From positions 1 through 49,530 of the forward strand of contig JAVJWO010000142.1 of NCBI GenBank assembly GCA_040222015.1: a stretch of 49,530 nt of DNA, given 5' to 3'. Source of the DNA: Coleofasciculus chthonoplastes F2-STO-03 (GTDB lineage Bacteria > Cyanobacteriota > Cyanobacteriia > Cyanobacteriales > Coleofasciculaceae). The notes beneath the pieces are model-generated. The model made no database searches, was not told the origin of the DNA, and worked only from the letters and a program-made list of their open reading frames with translations. Each line of letters opens with the position of its first letter. Within the stretch, counting starts at the first letter, position 1. Made by a program: the position numbers and the translations under genes. Positions 46,213 to 49,530 of this stretch are shown here, one piece after another.

Positions 46213-48072
46213 TTACAGTTTCGTCCCACAAACCGGACAGAACTGATTCGTGGTTGGATTCTGAGTCCCACAGTTACTGCAATTGACCACCTCAGCCACC
46301 TGTTCTTGCTGACGGCGTTCTGGCAATCCGATCATTTGGGCATTACTCTTACCCGGTGCAACCATCGGATAACAATTCTCATTCTTGGTGACACGGACAT
46401 CCAACAACACTGGACCATCATACGCCAACATTTGTGCGATCGCGTCCTTGAGTTCATCGCGATCTTTCACCACCATGCCCTTAACTCCATAAGCTTGGCA
46501 CAGAATCACAAAATCCGGCATTCCTATTTCCATATTCGAGGACGAATACCGCTGTCCAAAAAACGCCTCTTGCCACTGGCGCACCATGCCTTGCCAGCCG
46601 TTGTTAATAATCACAGTCTTGACACTAATGCCATACTGTGCTAATGTCCCTAGCTCCTGAATATTCATTTGTACCGAAGCATCACCCGCCACACAAACCA
46701 CTTGCTGATCCGGGAGAGCAACCTTAACACCCATAGCCGCAGGAACCCCGTAACCCATTGTGCCTAAACCAGCACTGGAAATCCAACGGCGCGGTCCCGT
46801 CTTCAGAAATTGCGCTGCCCACATCTGATGTTGACCTACATCTGTCGTGTAGTAAGCATCTGGAGCTTGCCGATCCAACTCCACAATCACCTCTTGCGGC
46901 GAAATCGTATCGGGATACTGCGGCGCTTCCAAGGGATACTCTTGACGCCAACGCTGAATCCGCTTCAGCCATACCTGAGTTTGGTTCGGATCAGCCGGAA
47001 TTTCCTGTTCCTCATAGCGCCGTAATAACTTAGCCAGCACCTGCTGCACATCACCAACAATTGGCACTTGGGGGGCGCGGTTTTTGCCCACTTCCGCCGG
47101 GTCAATATCGATATGAATCACCTTAGCATGGCAAGCAAACTGATCCAGCTTCCCGGTAACGCGATCGTCAAACCGCGCACCGACGGCAATCAGTAAATCA
47201 CATTCACTCACGGCAAAATTAGCATAAGCCGTGCCATGCATCCCCAACATCCCGACAGACAGGGGATGGGATTCATCAAACGCCCCTTTCCCCATCAGCG
47301 TTGTCGTCACCGGAATTTGGAACGTTTCTGCCAATTGCTTAACTTGTTCATGGGCATTAGCTGTAATCGCACCGCCGCCGACATAAAGTAACGGTTGCTG
47401 CGACTCTCGGATCAGATGCAATGCCTGATTAATTTGTCGGGGATTTCCCTTAACCGTAGGACGATACCCTGTGAGTTTAACTGTACCCGGATCAACAGGA
47501 GTATAGTCAAATTCTTCTAAGCCTACATCCTTAGGCACATCAATTAACACTGGACCTGGACGCCCCGTACTAGCAATATGGAACGCTTCAGCCACAATCC
47601 ACGCCATATCACGGGGGTCACGCACCACATAAGAATGTTTGACAATCGGCAGCGTAATGCCAAAGATATCCGTTTCTTGGAACGCATCCGAACCAATCGC
47701 CGCCCTTGTCACCTGTCCGGTAATCACCACTAAAGGAATCGAATCCATGTGGGCGGTAGCAATCCCTGTCACTAAGTTTGTCGCCCCAGGACCCGATGTG
47801 GCAAAACAGACACCCACTTTCCCTGTTGCTCGGGCATATCCATCCGCCGCATGAGCCGCACCCTGTTCATGGCGAACCAAGAAATGCTGCATTTCCCCGC
47901 GTTCTTCCCACCGATACAGTTCATCATAGATCGGCAGGATTGCACCACCGGGATAGCCAAAAATATGGTCAACCCCATGACGCTTCAGACTATCCATCAA
48001 GGCGTAAGCACCCGTGCGACGGGTAACGGTTTTTTGTTGGACTTCTTTTCTAGAGATACTTTGGTAACGCAC
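46213..48072 (-). CDS. ilvB: Acetolactate synthase large (catalytic) subunit, biosynthetic type
   Basis: [48 protein letters not shown] motif; C-terminal zinc ribbon. Confidence 0.97.
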   Translation of the reverse strand: MRYQSISRKEVQQKTVTRRTGAYALMDSLKRHGVDHIFGYPGGAILPIYDELYRWEERGEMQHFLVRHEQGAAHAADGYARATGKVGVCFATSGPGATNLVTGIATAHMDSIPLVVITGQVTRAAIGSDAFQETDIFGITLPIVKHSYVVRDPRDMAWIVAEAFHIASTGRPGPVLIDVPKDVGLEEFDYTPVDPGTVKLTGYRPTVKGNPRQINQALHLIRESQQPLLYVGGGAITANAHEQVKQLAETFQIPVTTTLMGKGAFDESHPLSVGMLGMHGTAYANFAVSECDLLIAVGARFDDRVTGKLDQFACHAKVIHIDIDPAEVGKNRAPQVPIVGDVQQVLAKLLRRYEEQEIPADPNQTQVWLKRIQRWRQEYPLEAPQYPDTISPQEVIVELDRQAPDAYYTTDVGQHQMWAAQFLKTGPRRWISSAGLGTMGYGVPAAMGVKVALPDQQVVCVAGDASVQMNIQELGTLAQYGISVKTVIINNGWQGMVRQWQEAFFGQRYSSSNMEIGMPDFVILCQAYGVKGMVVKDRDELKDAIAQMLAYDGPVLLDVRVTKNENCYPMVAPGKSNAQMIGLPERRQQEQVAEVVNCSNCGTQNPTTNQFCPVCGTKL

Positions 48073-48212
48073 CAGATACCCTCACTAAACGATTAACAGT
48101 TTTTCTAAGAGTTTTGTATATTCTGACAGTAGGTTCACCAGACCTCTGGTAGATTTTTAAATTGAGCAAGTAGCCTTTTAGTTTAAAACAAATATAGGAT
48201 CACTGTCTAGTT

Positions 48213-48368
48213 GTCATTGGTCATTGGTCATTGGTCATTGGTCATTGGTCATTGGTCATTGGTCATTGGTCATTGGTCATTGGTCATTGGTCATTGGTCA
48301 TTGGTCATTTGTTTCCCCATCTCCCCCTGCTCCCCCTGCTTCCCCTGCTTCCCCTGCTTCCCCTGCTA
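48213..48368. repeat. (GTCATTG)~14 STRR array followed by CCCCTGCT[TC] 9-mer array
   Basis: Nearly perfect heptamer run at 48213-48311; nonamers at 48314-48368. Confidence 0.97.
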
Positions 48369-49346
48369 ATGATTCGATTCAATCCCCCTCTGCCGTAACT
48401 GCTGCATGAAAAATTCCTCCAGAGAGGAACGTGCTAGGGTAATCTCGATTAATTGCGCTCCCATCAGGCGCAGACTGGCAATAAATTCTTGGGGTTCACC
48501 TTTGAGTTCACCGTACCAGCTATCTTCCTCGAATGCCAGTTCCTTAACCCAGCGTTGAAGAATGTCGATGTTACCGCCTTTCCCACGAACTTGGTAATGA
48601 GTCGCTACACCCAAAAGTTCATCCAGTGTGCCAACACAAATTAACTCTCCCTCTGCCAGAATCGCAATGCGATCGCATATCTTCTCCACATCCGATAAAA
48701 CATGGCTATTGAAGAAAATGGTTTTCCCTTGCTCCTTGAGTGAGAGAATAATTTCTCGGATCTGATAGCGTCCCATGGGATCGAGTCCCGACATCGGCTC
48801 ATCCAGAAACACGACATCCGGGTCATTGATCAGCGCTTGTGCCATACCGATGCGCTGAAGCATTCCCTTAGAATACTGTCGCAACTGCTTCTTTTTTGCC
48901 GCCGACTTCGATAATCCCACTAATTCCAGCAATTGGGGAATGCGTTGACGTTGACGACTTTTGGGAATTTGAAACAATCCAGCGGTCAGTTGCAAAAATT
49001 CCCAACCTGTCAGATAGTCATAGAAATAGGGATTTTCTGGCAAATACCCAATTCGCTGCTTTACTCCGCGATCGCCAATCGGTTTGCCCATCAGCCAAGC
49101 TCGTCCGGAGGTAGGACGAACAATCCCCAGTAAAATTTTTAATAGCGTCGTTTTCCCTGCTCCATTGGGACCAAGCAAGCCAAATGTCTCTCCCGGTTCA
49201 ACAGAGAGAGAGCAATTTTTCAGTGATTCAATTTTTTGATTCAGCCAAAAGCCAGTGCGATAAACTTTGCTTAGCTCAGAAGTCGCGACAACTGGACTCT
49301 GGTCAAGGGTCGTCAATGCCCCTGGCAAATCAGCAGTCGAATCCAT
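48366..49346 (-). CDS. ABC-2 type transporter ATP-binding protein
   Basis: GPNGAGKT Walker A, YSKGM signature, FLDEP Walker B, SH switch. Confidence 0.96.
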   Translation of the reverse strand: MDSTADLPGALTTLDQSPVVATSELSKVYRTGFWLNQKIESLKNCSLSVEPGETFGLLGPNGAGKTTLLKILLGIVRPTSGRAWLMGKPIGDRGVKQRIGYLPENPYFYDYLTGWEFLQLTAGLFQIPKSRQRQRIPQLLELVGLSKSAAKKKQLRQYSKGMLQRIGMAQALINDPDVVFLDEPMSGLDPMGRYQIREIILSLKEQGKTIFFNSHVLSDVEKICDRIAILAEGELICVGTLDELLGVATHYQVRGKGGNIDILQRWVKELAFEEDSWYGELKGEPQEFIASLRLMGAQLIEITLARSSLEEFFMQQLRQRGIESNH

Positions 49347-49446
49347 TCGCTGTTAATTGAATTACATAATTGACAGTTCTATCGTTATAACTGTATCAGT
49401 ATATTGCTGTTTCTGGTACACAGCGTAAGCATGAATTGAATGTTTT

Positions 49447-49530
49447 CTTCCCAGCTTCCCTCTGCTCCCCCTGCTCCCCCTGCTCCCCCTGCTCCCCCTG
49501 CTCCCTCTGCTCCCTCTGCTCCCCCTGCTC
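49447..49530. repeat. CCCCCTGCT 9-mer array
   Basis: About 8 tandem units running off the window end. Confidence 0.95.

Noticed and set aside
48213..48311. Tandem arrays (also 5728-5829 and 19272-19350) as CRISPR
   Set aside because: Units are contiguous with no unique spacers, and there are no cas genes

Overview
Chromosomal window from a filamentous cyanobacterium. This is inferred from frequent HIP1 GCGATCGC octamers, heptamer STRR arrays, XisH/XisI, Uma2 and CHAT/CHASE2 genes; an Oscillatoriales/Coleofasciculus-like source is a guess. There are four parts. (1) 123-17920: an uncharacterised, mostly minus-strand cluster. It combines a membrane-anchored polyprenyl diphosphate synthase, a CrtC/tocopherol-cyclase-like protein coupled to an internally duplicated unknown protein, a divergent GT1 glycosyltransferase, two lipolytic hydrolases and many lectin-like domains (three ILEI/PANDER genes, TSP_C, LecA-like, FG-GAP propeller). 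This is the best candidate for an undescribed system. (2) Small accessory modules: two xisH-xisI pairs, two Uma2 genes, two DUF433-DUF5615 TA pairs, and an antitoxin flanked by two halves of a vapC in permuted order. (3) 23090-43871: a secretion/signalling region with HTH-AAA, filamentous haemagglutinin, TPR-CHAT, DUF928, AAA-CHASE2 and a 7TM histidine kinase-receiver-adenylate cyclase. (4) Housekeeping ilvB and an ABC ATPase. Intergenic DNA is filled with stereotyped mosaics of STRR heptamers, 9-mer arrays, GTAG-REP-like palindromes and MITE-like elements, one of which is inserted in frame within a gene. No CRISPR array, rRNA or tRNA was seen. Domain calls are by motif recognition only; no database search was run.
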